Shown here: positions 10,201 to 22,800 of the stretch, one piece after another
How the letters are laid out: each line of letters starts with the position of its first letter
How positions within the stretch are numbered: the stretch's first letter is position 1
Origin: Eledone cirrhosa
Lineage: Eukaryota
DNA: 64,000 bases
Direction: 5' to 3'
NCBI GenBank assembly: GCA_964016885.1
Contig: OZ024743.1
Span: forward strand, 133,672,001-133,736,000
The notes under the pieces: model-generated
Databases searched by the model: none
Seen by the model: only the letters and a program-made list of their open reading frames with translations
What the model was told of the DNA's origin: nothing
Made by a program: the position numbers and the translations under genes

Positions 10201-13200
10201 TTGGTGCTTGGTGCTTGGTGTTTGTACTTGGTGCTTGGTGCTTGGTGTTTGGTGCTTGGTTCTTGGTGTTTGGTGCTTGGTGTTTGGTGCTTGGTGCTTG
10301 GTGTTTGGTGCTTGGTGCTTGGTGTTTGGTGTTTGGTGCTTGGTGCTTGGTGCTTGGTGTTTGGTGTTTGGTGCTTGGTGCTTGGTGTTTGGTGTTTGGT
10401 TCTTGGTGCTTGGTATTTGGTGCTTGGTGCTTGCTGCTTGGTGTTTGGTGCTTGGTGATTGATGCTTGGTGTTTGATGCTTGGTGCTTGGTGTTTGGTTT
10501 TTGGTGCTAGGTGCTTGGTGCTTGGTGTTTGGTGCTTGGTGTTTGGTGTTTGCTGCTTGGTGCTTGGGGCTTGGTGTTTGGTACTTGGTGCTTGGTGCTT
10601 GGTGTTTGGTGCTTGGTGCTTGGTGTATGGTGTTTGGTGTTTGGTGCTTGGTGTTTGGTGTTTGGTGCTTGGTGCTTGGTGTTTGTTGCTTGGTACTTGG
10701 TTCATGGTGTTTGGTGCTGGGTGCTTGGTGTTTGGTGCTTGGTGCTTGGTGTTTGGTGTTTGGTGCTTGGTGTTTGGTGTTTGGTGCTTGGTGCTTGGTG
10801 TTTGTTGCTTGGTACTTGGTGCATGGTGTTTGGTGCTGGGTGCTTGGTGTTTGGTGCTCGTTGTTTGGTGCTTGGTGCTTGGTGTTTGGTGTTTGGTGTT
10901 TGATGCTTGGTGTTTGATGCTTGGTGCTTGGTGCTTGGTGTTTGGTGCTTGGTGTTTGTACTTGGTGCTTGGTGTTTTGTGCTTGGTTCTTTGTGTTTGG
11001 TGTTTGGTGCTTGGTGCTTGGTGCTTGGTGTTAGGTGTTTGGTGCTTGGTGCTTGGTGTTTGGTGTTTGGTACTAGGTGCTTGGTGATTGGTGTTTGGCG
11101 CTTGGTGCTTGGTGTTTGGTGTTTGATGTTTGGTGCTTGCTGCTTGGTGCTTGGTGCTGGGTGGTTGGTGTTTGGTGCTTGGTGATTAGTGTTTGGTGCT
11201 AGGTGCTTGGGGTTTGGTGTTTGGTGCTTGGTGCTTGGTGTTTGGTGCTTGGTGCTTGGTGTTTGGTGCTTGGTGCTTGGTGTTTGTTGTTTGGTGTTTG
11301 TTGTTTGGTGTTTGCTGTTTGGTGTTTGGTATTTGGTGTTTGCTGTTTGGTGTCTGCTTTTTGGTGTTTGGTGTTTGCTGTATGTTGTTTGCTGTTTGGT
11401 GTTTGGTGTTTGGTGTTTGGTGTTTGGTGCTTGGTGCTTGGTGTTTGGTGCTTGGTGCTTGGTGTTTGGTGCCTGGTGCTTGGTACTTGGTGTTTGGTGT
11501 TTGGTGCTTGGTGCTTGGTGCTTGGAGTTTGGTGTTTGGTGATTGGTGCTTGGTGTTTTGTGTTTGGTGTTTGGTTTTTGGTGCTTGGTGCTTGGTGCTT
11601 GGTAATTAGTCTTTGGTGTTTGGTGCTTGGTGCTTGGTGTTTGTACTTGGTGCTTGGTGCTTGGTGTTTGGTTCTTGGTTCTTGGTGTTTGGTACTTGGT
11701 GCTTGGTGCTTGGTGCTTGGTGTTAGGTGTTTGGTGCTTGGTGCTTGGTGTTTGGTGTTTGGTGTTTGCTGTTTGGTGTCTGCTTTTTGGTGTTTGGTGT
11801 TTGCTGTATGGTGTTAGGTGTTTGGTGCTTGGTGCTTGGTGTTTGGTTTTTGGTGCTTGGTGCTTGGTGTTTGGTGTTTGGTGCTTGCTGCTGGCTGCTT
11901 GGTGTTTGGTGCTTGGTGATTGGTGCTTGGTGTTTGGTGCTTGGTGTTTGGTGTTTGGTGCTTGGTGTTTGGTGCTTGGTGCTTGGTGCTTGGTGCTTGG
12001 TGTTAGGTGTTTGGTGCTTGGTGCTTGGTGTTTGGTGTTTGGTGCTTGGTGTTTGGTGCTTGGTGCTTGGTGTTTGGTGTTTGGTGCTTGGTGTTTGGTG
12101 CTTGGTACTTGGTGCTTGGTGCTTGGTGTTAGGTGTTTGGTGCTTGGTGCTTGGTGTTTGGTTTTTGGTGCTTGGTGCTTGGTGTTTGGTGTTTGGTGCT
12201 TGCTGCTGGCTGCTTGGTGTTTGGTGCTTGGTGATTGGTGCTTGGTGTTTGGTGCTTGGTGTTTGGTGTTTGGTACTAGGTGCTTGGTGCTTGCTGCTGG
12301 CTGCTTGGTGTTTGGTGCTTGGTACTTGGTGCTTGGTGCTTGGTGCTTGGTGTTTGGTGTTTGGTGCTTGGTGTTTGGTGCTTGGTGCTTGGTGCTTGGT
12401 GCTTGGTGTTAGGTGTTTGGTGCTTGGTGCTTGGTGTTTGGTGTTTGGTGCTTGGTGTTTGGTGCTTGGTGCTTGGTGTTTGGTGTTTGGTGCTTGGTGT
12501 TTGGTGCTTGGTACTTGGTGCTTGGTGCTTGGTGTTAGGTGTTTGGTGCTTGGTGCTTGGTGTTTGGTTTTTGGTGCTTGGTGCTTGGTGTTTGGTGTTT
12601 GGTGCTTGCTGCTGGCTGCTTGGTGTTTGGTGCTTGGTGATTGGTGCTTGGTGTTTGGTGCTTGGTGTTTGGTGTTTGGTACTAGGTGCTTGGTGCTTAG
12701 TGTTTGGTGTTTGGTGCTTGGTGCTTGGTGTTTGGTGCTTGGTGCTGGGTGCTGGGTGGTTGGTGTTTGGTACTTGGTGCTTGATCTTTGGTGTTTGGTG
12801 TTTGGTGTTTGGTGCTTGGTGCTTGGTGCTTGGTGTTTGGTGCTTTGTGCTTGGTGTTTGGTGCTTGGTGCTTAGTGTTTGGTGCTAGGTGCTTGGGGTT
12901 TGGTGTTTGGTGCTTGGTGCTTGGTGTTTGGTGCTTGGTGCTTGGTGTTTGGTGTTTGGTGCTTGGTGCTTCGTGTTTGGTGTTTGGTGTTTGCTGTTTG
13001 GTGTTTGGTGTTTGGTGTTTGCTGTTTGGTGTCTGCTTTTTGGTGTTTGGTGTTGGCTGTATGTTATTTGCTGTTTGGTGTTTGGTGTTTGGTGTTTGGT
13101 GCTTGGTGCTTGGTGTTTGGTGTTTGGTGCTTGGTGCTTGGAGTTTGGTGTTTGGTGCTTGGTGCTTGGTGTTTTGTGCTTGGTGTTTGGTTTTTGGTGC

Positions 13201-16200
13201 TTGGTGCTTGGTGCTTGTTGCTTGGTCCTTGGTGTTTGGTGCTTGGTGCTTGGTGCTTGGTGTTTGGTTCTTGGTTCTTGGTGTTTGGTAATTGGTGCTT
13301 GGTGCTTGGTGCTTGGTGTTTGCTGTTTGGTGTTTGGTGTTTGGTGTTTGGTGTTTGCTGTTTGGTGTCTGCTTTTTGGTGTTTGGTGTTTGCTGTATGG
13401 TGTTTGCTGTTTCGTGTTTGGTGTTTGCTGTTTCGTGTTTGGTGTTTGCTGTTTGGTGTTTGGTCTTTGGTGCTTGGTGTTTGGTGCTTGGTGCTTGGTG
13501 TTTGGTGTTTGGTTTTTGGTGCTTGGTGCTTCGTGTTTGGTGTTTGGTGCTTGGTGTCTGGAGCTTGGTGTTTGGTGTTTGGTGCTTGGTGTTTGGTGTT
13601 TGGTGCTTGGTGCTTGGTGTTTGGTGCTTGGTGCTTGGTGTTTGTACTTGGTGCTTGGTGCTTGGTGTTTGGTGCTTGGTTCTTGGTGTTTGGTGCTTGG
13701 TGTTTGGTGCTTGGTGCTTGGTGTTTGGTGCTTGGTGCTTGGTGTTTGGTGTTTGGTGCTTGGTGCTTGGTGCTTGGTGTTTGATGTTTGGTGCTTGGTG
13801 CTTGGTGTTTGGTGTTTGGTTCTTGGTGCTTGGTATTTGGTGCTTGGTGCTTGCTGCTTGGTGTTTGGTGCTTGGTGATTGATGCTTGGTGTTTGATGCT
13901 TGGTGCTTGGTATTTGGTTTTTGGTGCTAGGTGCTTGGTGCTTGGTGTTTGGTGCTTGGTGCTTGGTGTTTGTACTTGGTGCTTGGTGCTTGGTGTTTGG
14001 TGCTTGGTTCTTGGTGTTTGGTGCTTGGTGTTTGGTGCTTGGTGCTTGGTGTTTGGTGCTTGGTGCTTGGTGTTTGGTGTTTGGTGCTTGGTGCTTGGTG
14101 CTTGGTGTTTGATGTTTGGTGCTTGGTGCTTGGTGTTTGGTGTTTGGTTCTTGGTGCTTGGTATTTGGTGCTTGGTGCTTGCTGCTTGGTGTTTGGTGCT
14201 TGGTGATTGATGCTTGGTGTTTGATGCTTGGTGCTTGGTATTTGGTTTTTGGTGCTAGGTGCTTGGTGCTTGGTGTTTGGTGCTTGGTGTTTGGTGTTTG
14301 CTGCTTGGTGCTTGGGGCTTGGTGTTTGGTACTTGGTGCTTGGTGCTTGGTGTTTGGTGCTTGGTGCTTGGTGTATGGTGTTTGGTGTTTGGTGCTTGGT
14401 GTTTGGTGTTTGGTGCTTGGTGCTTGGTGTTTGTTGCTTGGTACTTGGTTCATGGTGTTTGGTGCTGGGTGCTTGGTGTTTGGTGCTTGGTGCTTGGTGT
14501 TTGGTGTTTGGTGCTTGGTGTTTGGTGTTTGGTGCTTGGTGCTTGGTGTTTGTTGCTTGGTACTTGGTGCATGGTGTTTGGTGCTGGGTGCTTGGTGTTT
14601 GGTGCTTGGTGTTTGGTGCTTGGTGCTTGGTGTTTGGTGTTTGGTGTTTGGTGTTTGGTGTTTGATGCTTGGTGCTTGGTGCTTGGTGTTTGGTGCTTGG
14701 TGTTTGTACTTGGTGCTTGGTGTTTTGTGCTAGGTCCTTTGTGTTTGGTGTTTGGTGCTTGGTGCTTGGTGCTTGGTGTTAGGTGTTTGGTGCTTGGTGC
14801 TTGGTGTTTGGTGTTTGGTCCTTGGTGCTTGGTGTTTAGTGCTTGGTGCTTGGTGTTTGTTGTTTGGTGCTTTCTGCTTGCTGCTTGGCGTTTGGTGCTT
14901 GGTGCTTGGTGCTTGGTGTTTGGTGTTTGGTGCTAGGTGCTTGGTGTTTGGTGTTTGGTGTTTGATGCTTGGTGTTTGGTGTTTTGTGCTTGGTGCTTGG
15001 GGCTTGGTGCTTGGTGTTTGGTGTTTGGTGTTTGGTGCTTGGTGCTTGGTGTTTGGTGCTTGGTGCTTGGTGCTGGGTGGTTGGTATTTGGTGCTTGGTG
15101 CTTGGTGTTTGGTGCTTGGTGCTTGGTGCTTGGTGTTTGGTGCTTGGTGCTTGGTGCTTGGTCTTTGGTGCTTGGTGTTTGGTGCTTGGTGCTTGGTGCT
15201 TGGTGTTTGGTGCTTGGTGATTAGTGTTTGGTGCTTGGTGCTTGGGGTTTGGTGTTTGGTGCTTGGTACTTGGTGTTTGGTGCTTGGTGTTTGGTGTTTG
15301 CTGTTTGGTGTTTGGTGTTTGCTGTTTGCTGTTTGCTGTTTGCTTTTTGGTGTTTGGTGTTTGCTGTATGGTGTTTGCTGTTTGGTGTTTGGTGTTTGCT
15401 GTTTGGTGTTTGGTGTTTGCTGTTTGGTCTTTGGTGCTTGGTGTTTGGTGCTTGGTGCTTGGTGTTTGGTGTTTGGTGCTTGGTGTTTGGTGCTTGGTGC
15501 TTGGTGTTTGGTGTTTGGTGCTTGGTGTTTGGTGCTTGGTACTTGGTGCTTGGTGCTTGGTGTTAGGTGTTTGGTGCTTGGTGCTTGGTGTTTGGTGTTT
15601 GGTGCTTGGTGTTAGGTGTTTGGTGCTTGGTGCTTGGTGTTTGGTGTTTCGTGCTTGGTGTTTGGTGCTTGGTGCTTGGTGTTTGGTGTTTGGTGCTTGG
15701 TGCTTGGTGTTTGGTTTTTGGTGCTTGGTGCATGGTGTTTGGTGTTTGGTGCTTGCTGCTGGCTGCTTGGTGTTTGGTGCTTGGTGATTGGTGCTTGGTG
15801 TTTGGTGCTTGGTGTTTGGTGTTTGGTACTAGGTGCTTGGTGTTTGGTGTTTGGTGCTTGGTGCTTGGTGTTTGGTGTTTGGTGTTTGGTGCTTGGTGCT
15901 TGGTGCTTGGTGCTGGGTGGTTGGTGTTTGGTGCTTGGTGATTAGTGTTTGGTGCTAGGTGCTTGGGGTTTGGTGTTTGGTGCTTGGTGCTTGGTGTTTG
16001 GTGCTTGGTGCTTGGTGTTTGGTGCTTGGTGGTTGGTGTTTGCTGTTTGCTGTTTGCTGTTTGGTGTTTGTTGTTTGGTGTTTGTTGATTGGTGTTTGCT
16101 GTTTGGTGCTTGGTGCTTGGTCTTTGGTGCTTGGTGTTTGGTGTTTGGTGCTTGGTGCTTTGTGTTTGGTGCTTGGTAATTAGTGTTTGGTGCTTGGTGC

Positions 16201-19200
16201 TTGGGGTTTGGTGTTTGGTGCTTGGTACTTGGTGTTTGGTGCTTGGTGTTTGGTGTTTGCTGTTTGGTGTTTGGTGTTTGGTGTTTGCTGTATGGTGTTT
16301 GCTGTTTCGTGTTTGGTGTTTGCTGTTTGGTGTTTGGTGTTTGCTGTTTGGTGTTTGGTCTTTGGTGCTTGGTGTTTGGTGCTTGGTGCTTGGTGTTTGG
16401 TGTTTGGTGCTTGGTGTTTGGTGTTTGGTGCTTGGTGCTTGGTGCTTGGTGTTTGGTGTTTGGTGTTTGGTGCTTGGTGTCTGGTGCTTGGTGTTTGGTG
16501 TTTGGTGTTTGGTGCTTGGTGTTTGGTGTTTGGTGTTTGGTGTTTGGTGCTTGTTGCTTGGTACTTGGTGCTTGGTGTTTGGTGTTTGGTGCTTGGTGTT
16601 TGGTGCTGGGTGCTTGGTGTTTGGTGCTTGGTGCTTGGTGCTTGGTGTTTGGTGTTTGGTGCTTGGTGCTTGGTGCTTGGTGTTTGGTGTTTGGTGCTTG
16701 GTGTTTTATGCTTGGTGTTTGATGTTTGGTGCTTGGTGCTTGGTGTTTGGTGCTTGGTGCTTGGTGTTTGTACTTGGTGCTTGGTGCTTGGTTCTTGGTG
16801 TTTGGTGCTTGGTGCTTGGTGCTTGGTGCTTGGTGTTTGGTGCTTGGTGTTTGGTGCTTGGTGTTTGGTGCTTGGTGCCTGGTGCTTGGTGCTTGGTGCT
16901 TGGTGTTTGGTGCTTGGTGTTTGGTGCTTGGTATTAGGTGTTTGGTGCTTGGTGCTTGGTGTTTGGTGTTTGGTGCTTGGTGTTTGGTGCTTGGTGCTTG
17001 GTGTTTGGTGTTTGGTGCTTGGTGTTTGGTGCTTGGTACTTGGTGCTTGGTGCTTGGTGTTAGGTGTTTGGTGTTTGGTGCTTGGTGTTTGGTTTTTGGT
17101 GCTTGGTGCTTGGTGTTTGGTGTTTGGTGCTTGCTGCTGGCTGCTTGCTGTTTGATGCTTGGTGATTGGTGCTTGGTGTTTGGTGCTTGGTGTTTGGTGT
17201 TTGGTACTAGGTGCTTGGTCCTTGGTGTTTGGTGCTTGGTGCTTGGTGTTTGGTATTTGGTGCTTGGTGCTTGGTGTTTGGTGCTTGGTGCTGGGTGCTG
17301 GGTGGTTGGTGTTTCGTGTTTCGTGTTTGGTGCTGGGTGCTTGGTGTTTGGTGCTTGGAGTTTGGTCTTTGGTGTTTGGTGTTTGGTGTTTGGTGCTTGG
17401 TGCTTGGTGCTTGGTGTTTGGTGCTTGGTGCTTGGTGTTTGGTGCTTGGTGCTTAGTGTTTGGTGCTAGGTGCTTGGGGTTTGGTGTTTGGTGCTTGGTG
17501 CTTGGTGTTTGGTGTTTGGTGCTTGGTGCTTGGTGTTTGGTGTTTGGTGCTTGGTGCTTGGTGTTTGGTGTTTGGTGTTTGCTGTTTGGTGTTTGGTGTT
17601 TGGTGTTTGCTGTTTGGTGTCTGCTTTTTGGTGTTTGGTGTTGGCTGTATGTTATTTGCTGTTTGGTGTTTGGTGTTTGGTGTTTGGTGCTTGGTGCTTG
17701 GTGTTTGGTGTTTGGTGCTTGGTGCTTGGAGTTTGGTGTTTGGTGCTTGGTGCTTGGTGTTTTGTGTTTGGTGTTTGGTTTTTGGTGCTTGGTGCTTGGT
17801 GCTTGTTGCTTGGTCCTTGGTGTTTGGTGCTTGGTGCTTGGTGTTTGTACTTGGTGCTTGGTGCTTGGTGTTTGGTTCTTGGTTCTTGGTGTTTGGTACT
17901 TGGTGCTTGGTGCTCGGTGCTTGGTGTTTGGTGTTTGGTGCTTGGTGTTTGGTGCTTGGTGCTTGGTGCTTGGTGTTAGGTGTTTGGTGCTTGGTGCATG
18001 GTGTTTGGTGCTTGGTGTTTGGTGTTTGCTGTTTGGTGTTTGGTGCTTGGTGTTTGGTGTTTGCTGTTTGGTGTCTGCTTTTTGGTGTTTGGTGTTTGCT
18101 GTATGGTGTTTGCTGTTTCGTGTTTGGTGTTTGCTGTTTGGTGTTTGGTGTTTGCTGTTTGGTGTTTGGTCTTTGGTGCTTGGTGTTTGGTGCTTGGTGC
18201 TTGGTGTTTGGTGTTTGGTGCTTGGTGCTTGGTGCTTCGTGTTTGGTGTTTGGTGCTTGGTGTCTGGAGCTTGGTGTTTGGTGTTTGGTGCTTGGTATTT
18301 GGTGTTTGGTGCTTGGTGCTTGGTGTTTGGTGCTTGGTGCTTGGTGCTTGGTGTTTGGTGTTTGGTGCTAGGTGCTTGGTGTTTGGTGTTTGGTGTTTGA
18401 TGCTTGGTGTTTGGTGTTTTGTGCTTGGTGCTTGGGGCTTGGTGCTTGGTGTTTGGTGTTTGGTGTTTGGTGCTTGGTGCTTGGTGTTTGGTGCTTGGTG
18501 CTTGGTGCTGGGTGGTTGGTATTTGGTGCTTGGTGCTTGGTGTTTGGTGCTTGGTGCTTGGTGCTTGGTGTTTGGTGCTTGGTGCTTGGTGCTTGGTCTT
18601 TGGTGCTTGGTGTTTGGTGCTTGGTGCTTGGTGCTTGGTGTTTGGTGCTTGGTGATTAGTGTTTGGTGCTTGGTGCTTGGGGTTTGGTGTTTGGTGCTTG
18701 GTACTTGGTGTTTGGTGCTTGGTGTTTGGTGTTTGCTGTTTGGTGTTTGGTGATTGCTGTTTGCTGTTTGCTGTTTGCTTTTTGGTGTTTGGTGTTTGCT
18801 GTATGGTGTTTGCTGTTTGGTGTTTGGTGTTTGCTGTTTGGTGTTTGGTGTTTGCTGTTTGGTCTTTGGTGCTTGGTGTTTGGTGCTTGGTGCTTGGTGT
18901 TTGGTGTTTGGTGCTTGGTGTTTGGTGCTTGGTGCTTGGTGTTTGGTGTTTGGTGCTTGGTGTTTGGTGCTTGGTACTTGGTGCTTGGTGCTTGGTGTTA
19001 GGTGTTTGGTGCTTGGTGCTTGGTGTTTGGTGTTTGGTGCTTGGTGTTAGGTGTTTGGTGCTTGGTGCTTGGTGTTTGGTGTTTCGTGCTTGGTGTTTGG
19101 TGCTTGGTGCTTGGTGTTTGGTGTTTGGTGCTTGGTGTTTGGTGCTTGGTACTTGGTGCTTGGTGCTTGGTGTTAGGTGTTTGGTGCTTGGTGCTTGGTG

Positions 19201-19860
19201 TTTGGTTTTTGGTGCTTGGTGCATGGTGTTTGGTGTTTGGTGCTTGCTGCTGGCTGCTTGGTGTTTGGTGCTTGGTGATTGGTGCTTGGTGTTTGGTGCT
19301 TGGTGTTTGGTGTTTGGTACTAGGTGCTTGGTGTTTGGTGTTTGGTGCTTGGTGCTTGGTGTTTGGTGTTTGGTGTTTGGTGCTTGGTGCTTGGTGCTTG
19401 GTGCTGGGTGGTTGGTGTTTGGTGCTTGGTGATTAGTGTTTGGTGCTAGGTGCTTGGGGTTTGGTGTTTGGTGCTTGGTGCTTGGTGTTTGGTGCTTGGT
19501 GCTTGGTGTTTGGTGCTTGGTGGTTGGTGTTTGCTGTTTGCTGTTTGCTGTTTGGTGTTTGTTGTTTGGTGTTTGTTGATTGGTGTTTGCTGTTTGGTGC
19601 TTGGTGCTTGGTCTTTGGTGCTTGGTGTTTGGTGTTTGGTGCTTGGTGCTTTGTGTTTGGTGCTTGGTAATTAGTGTTTGGTGCTTGGTGCTTGGGGTTT
19701 GGTGTTTGGTGCTTGGTACTTGGTGTTTGGTGCTTGGTGTTTGGTGTTTGCTGTTTGGTGTTTGGTGTTTGGTGTTTGCTGTATGGTGTTTGCTGTTTCG
19801 TGTTTGGTGTTTGCTGTTTGGTGTTTGGTGTTTGCTGTTTGGTGTTTGGTCTTTGGTGCT
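10190..19860 (+). repeat. 9666-bp higher-order tandem duplication, copy 1
   Basis: ORFs from 10480 to 19450 recur with identical translations at +9666 (e.g. 12885..14453/22551..24119; 16180..19224/25846..28890). 9666 = 1374x7 + 8x6, matching 8 TTGTAC hexamers counted in the unit. Confidence 0.93.
11885..12696 (+). repeat. 406-bp (58-unit) local duplication carrying the TTGCTGC-TGGCTGC landmark four times
   Basis: TTGCTGCTGGCTGC starts at 11885, 12200, 12291 and 12606 (offsets 315 and 406). The same arrangement recurs at +9666. Confidence 0.75.
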
Positions 19861-22800
19861 TGGTGTTTGGTGCTTGGTGCTTGGTGTTTGTACTTGGTGC
19901 TTGGTGCTTGGTGTTTGGTGCTTGGTTCTTGGTGTTTGGTGCTTGGTGTTTGGTGCTTGGTGCTTGGTGTTTGGTGCTTGGTGCTTGGTGTTTGGTGTTT
20001 GGTGCTTGGTGCTTGGTGCTTGGTGTTTGGTGTTTGGTGCTTGGTGCTTGGTGTTTGGTGTTTGGTTCTTGGTGCTTGGTATTTGGTGCTTGGTGCTTGC
20101 TGCTTGGTGTTTGGTGCTTGGTGATTGATGCTTGGTGTTTGATGCTTGGTGCTTGGTGTTTGGTTTTTGGTGCTAGGTGCTTGGTGCTTGGTGTTTGGTG
20201 CTTGGTGTTTGGTGTTTGCTGCTTGGTGCTTGGGGCTTGGTGTTTGGTACTTGGTGCTTGGTGCTTGGTGTTTGGTGCTTGGTGCTTGGTGTATGGTGTT
20301 TGGTGTTTGGTGCTTGGTGTTTGGTGTTTGGTGCTTGGTGCTTGGTGTTTGTTGCTTGGTACTTGGTTCATGGTGTTTGGTGCTGGGTGCTTGGTGTTTG
20401 GTGCTTGGTGCTTGGTGTTTGGTGTTTGGTGCTTGGTGTTTGGTGTTTGGTGCTTGGTGCTTGGTGTTTGTTGCTTGGTACTTGGTGCATGGTGTTTGGT
20501 GCTGGGTGCTTGGTGTTTGGTGCTCGTTGTTTGGTGCTTGGTGCTTGGTGTTTGGTGTTTGGTGTTTGATGCTTGGTGTTTGATGCTTGGTGCTTGGTGC
20601 TTGGTGTTTGGTGCTTGGTGTTTGTACTTGGTGCTTGGTGTTTTGTGCTTGGTTCTTTGTGTTTGGTGTTTGGTGCTTGGTGCTTGGTGCTTGGTGTTAG
20701 GTGTTTGGTGCTTGGTGCTTGGTGTTTGGTGTTTGGTACTAGGTGCTTGGTGATTGGTGTTTGGCGCTTGGTGCTTGGTGTTTGGTGTTTGATGTTTGGT
20801 GCTTGCTGCTTGGTGCTTGGTGCTGGGTGGTTGGTGTTTGGTGCTTGGTGATTAGTGTTTGGTGCTAGGTGCTTGGGGTTTGGTGTTTGGTGCTTGGTGC
20901 TTGGTGTTTGGTGCTTGGTGCTTGGTGTTTGGTGCTTGGTGCTTGGTGTTTGTTGTTTGGTGTTTGTTGTTTGGTGTTTGCTGTTTGGTGTTTGGTATTT
21001 GGTGTTTGCTGTTTGGTGTCTGCTTTTTGGTGTTTGGTGTTTGCTGTATGTTGTTTGCTGTTTGGTGTTTGGTGTTTGGTGTTTGGTGTTTGGTGCTTGG
21101 TGCTTGGTGTTTGGTGCTTGGTGCTTGGTGTTTGGTGCCTGGTGCTTGGTACTTGGTGTTTGGTGTTTGGTGCTTGGTGCTTGGTGCTTGGAGTTTGGTG
21201 TTTGGTGATTGGTGCTTGGTGTTTTGTGTTTGGTGTTTGGTTTTTGGTGCTTGGTGCTTGGTGCTTGGTAATTAGTCTTTGGTGTTTGGTGCTTGGTGCT
21301 TGGTGTTTGTACTTGGTGCTTGGTGCTTGGTGTTTGGTTCTTGGTTCTTGGTGTTTGGTACTTGGTGCTTGGTGCTTGGTGCTTGGTGTTAGGTGTTTGG
21401 TGCTTGGTGCTTGGTGTTTGGTGTTTGGTGTTTGCTGTTTGGTGTCTGCTTTTTGGTGTTTGGTGTTTGCTGTATGGTGTTAGGTGTTTGGTGCTTGGTG
21501 CTTGGTGTTTGGTTTTTGGTGCTTGGTGCTTGGTGTTTGGTGTTTGGTGCTTGCTGCTGGCTGCTTGGTGTTTGGTGCTTGGTGATTGGTGCTTGGTGTT
21601 TGGTGCTTGGTGTTTGGTGTTTGGTGCTTGGTGTTTGGTGCTTGGTGCTTGGTGCTTGGTGCTTGGTGTTAGGTGTTTGGTGCTTGGTGCTTGGTGTTTG
21701 GTGTTTGGTGCTTGGTGTTTGGTGCTTGGTGCTTGGTGTTTGGTGTTTGGTGCTTGGTGTTTGGTGCTTGGTACTTGGTGCTTGGTGCTTGGTGTTAGGT
21801 GTTTGGTGCTTGGTGCTTGGTGTTTGGTTTTTGGTGCTTGGTGCTTGGTGTTTGGTGTTTGGTGCTTGCTGCTGGCTGCTTGGTGTTTGGTGCTTGGTGA
21901 TTGGTGCTTGGTGTTTGGTGCTTGGTGTTTGGTGTTTGGTACTAGGTGCTTGGTGCTTGCTGCTGGCTGCTTGGTGTTTGGTGCTTGGTACTTGGTGCTT
22001 GGTGCTTGGTGCTTGGTGTTTGGTGTTTGGTGCTTGGTGTTTGGTGCTTGGTGCTTGGTGCTTGGTGCTTGGTGTTAGGTGTTTGGTGCTTGGTGCTTGG
22101 TGTTTGGTGTTTGGTGCTTGGTGTTTGGTGCTTGGTGCTTGGTGTTTGGTGTTTGGTGCTTGGTGTTTGGTGCTTGGTACTTGGTGCTTGGTGCTTGGTG
22201 TTAGGTGTTTGGTGCTTGGTGCTTGGTGTTTGGTTTTTGGTGCTTGGTGCTTGGTGTTTGGTGTTTGGTGCTTGCTGCTGGCTGCTTGGTGTTTGGTGCT
22301 TGGTGATTGGTGCTTGGTGTTTGGTGCTTGGTGTTTGGTGTTTGGTACTAGGTGCTTGGTGCTTAGTGTTTGGTGTTTGGTGCTTGGTGCTTGGTGTTTG
22401 GTGCTTGGTGCTGGGTGCTGGGTGGTTGGTGTTTGGTACTTGGTGCTTGATCTTTGGTGTTTGGTGTTTGGTGTTTGGTGCTTGGTGCTTGGTGCTTGGT
22501 GTTTGGTGCTTTGTGCTTGGTGTTTGGTGCTTGGTGCTTAGTGTTTGGTGCTAGGTGCTTGGGGTTTGGTGTTTGGTGCTTGGTGCTTGGTGTTTGGTGC
22601 TTGGTGCTTGGTGTTTGGTGTTTGGTGCTTGGTGCTTCGTGTTTGGTGTTTGGTGTTTGCTGTTTGGTGTTTGGTGTTTGGTGTTTGCTGTTTGGTGTCT
22701 GCTTTTTGGTGTTTGGTGTTGGCTGTATGTTATTTGCTGTTTGGTGTTTGGTGTTTGGTGTTTGGTGCTTGGTGCTTGGTGTTTGGTGTTTGGTGCTTGG

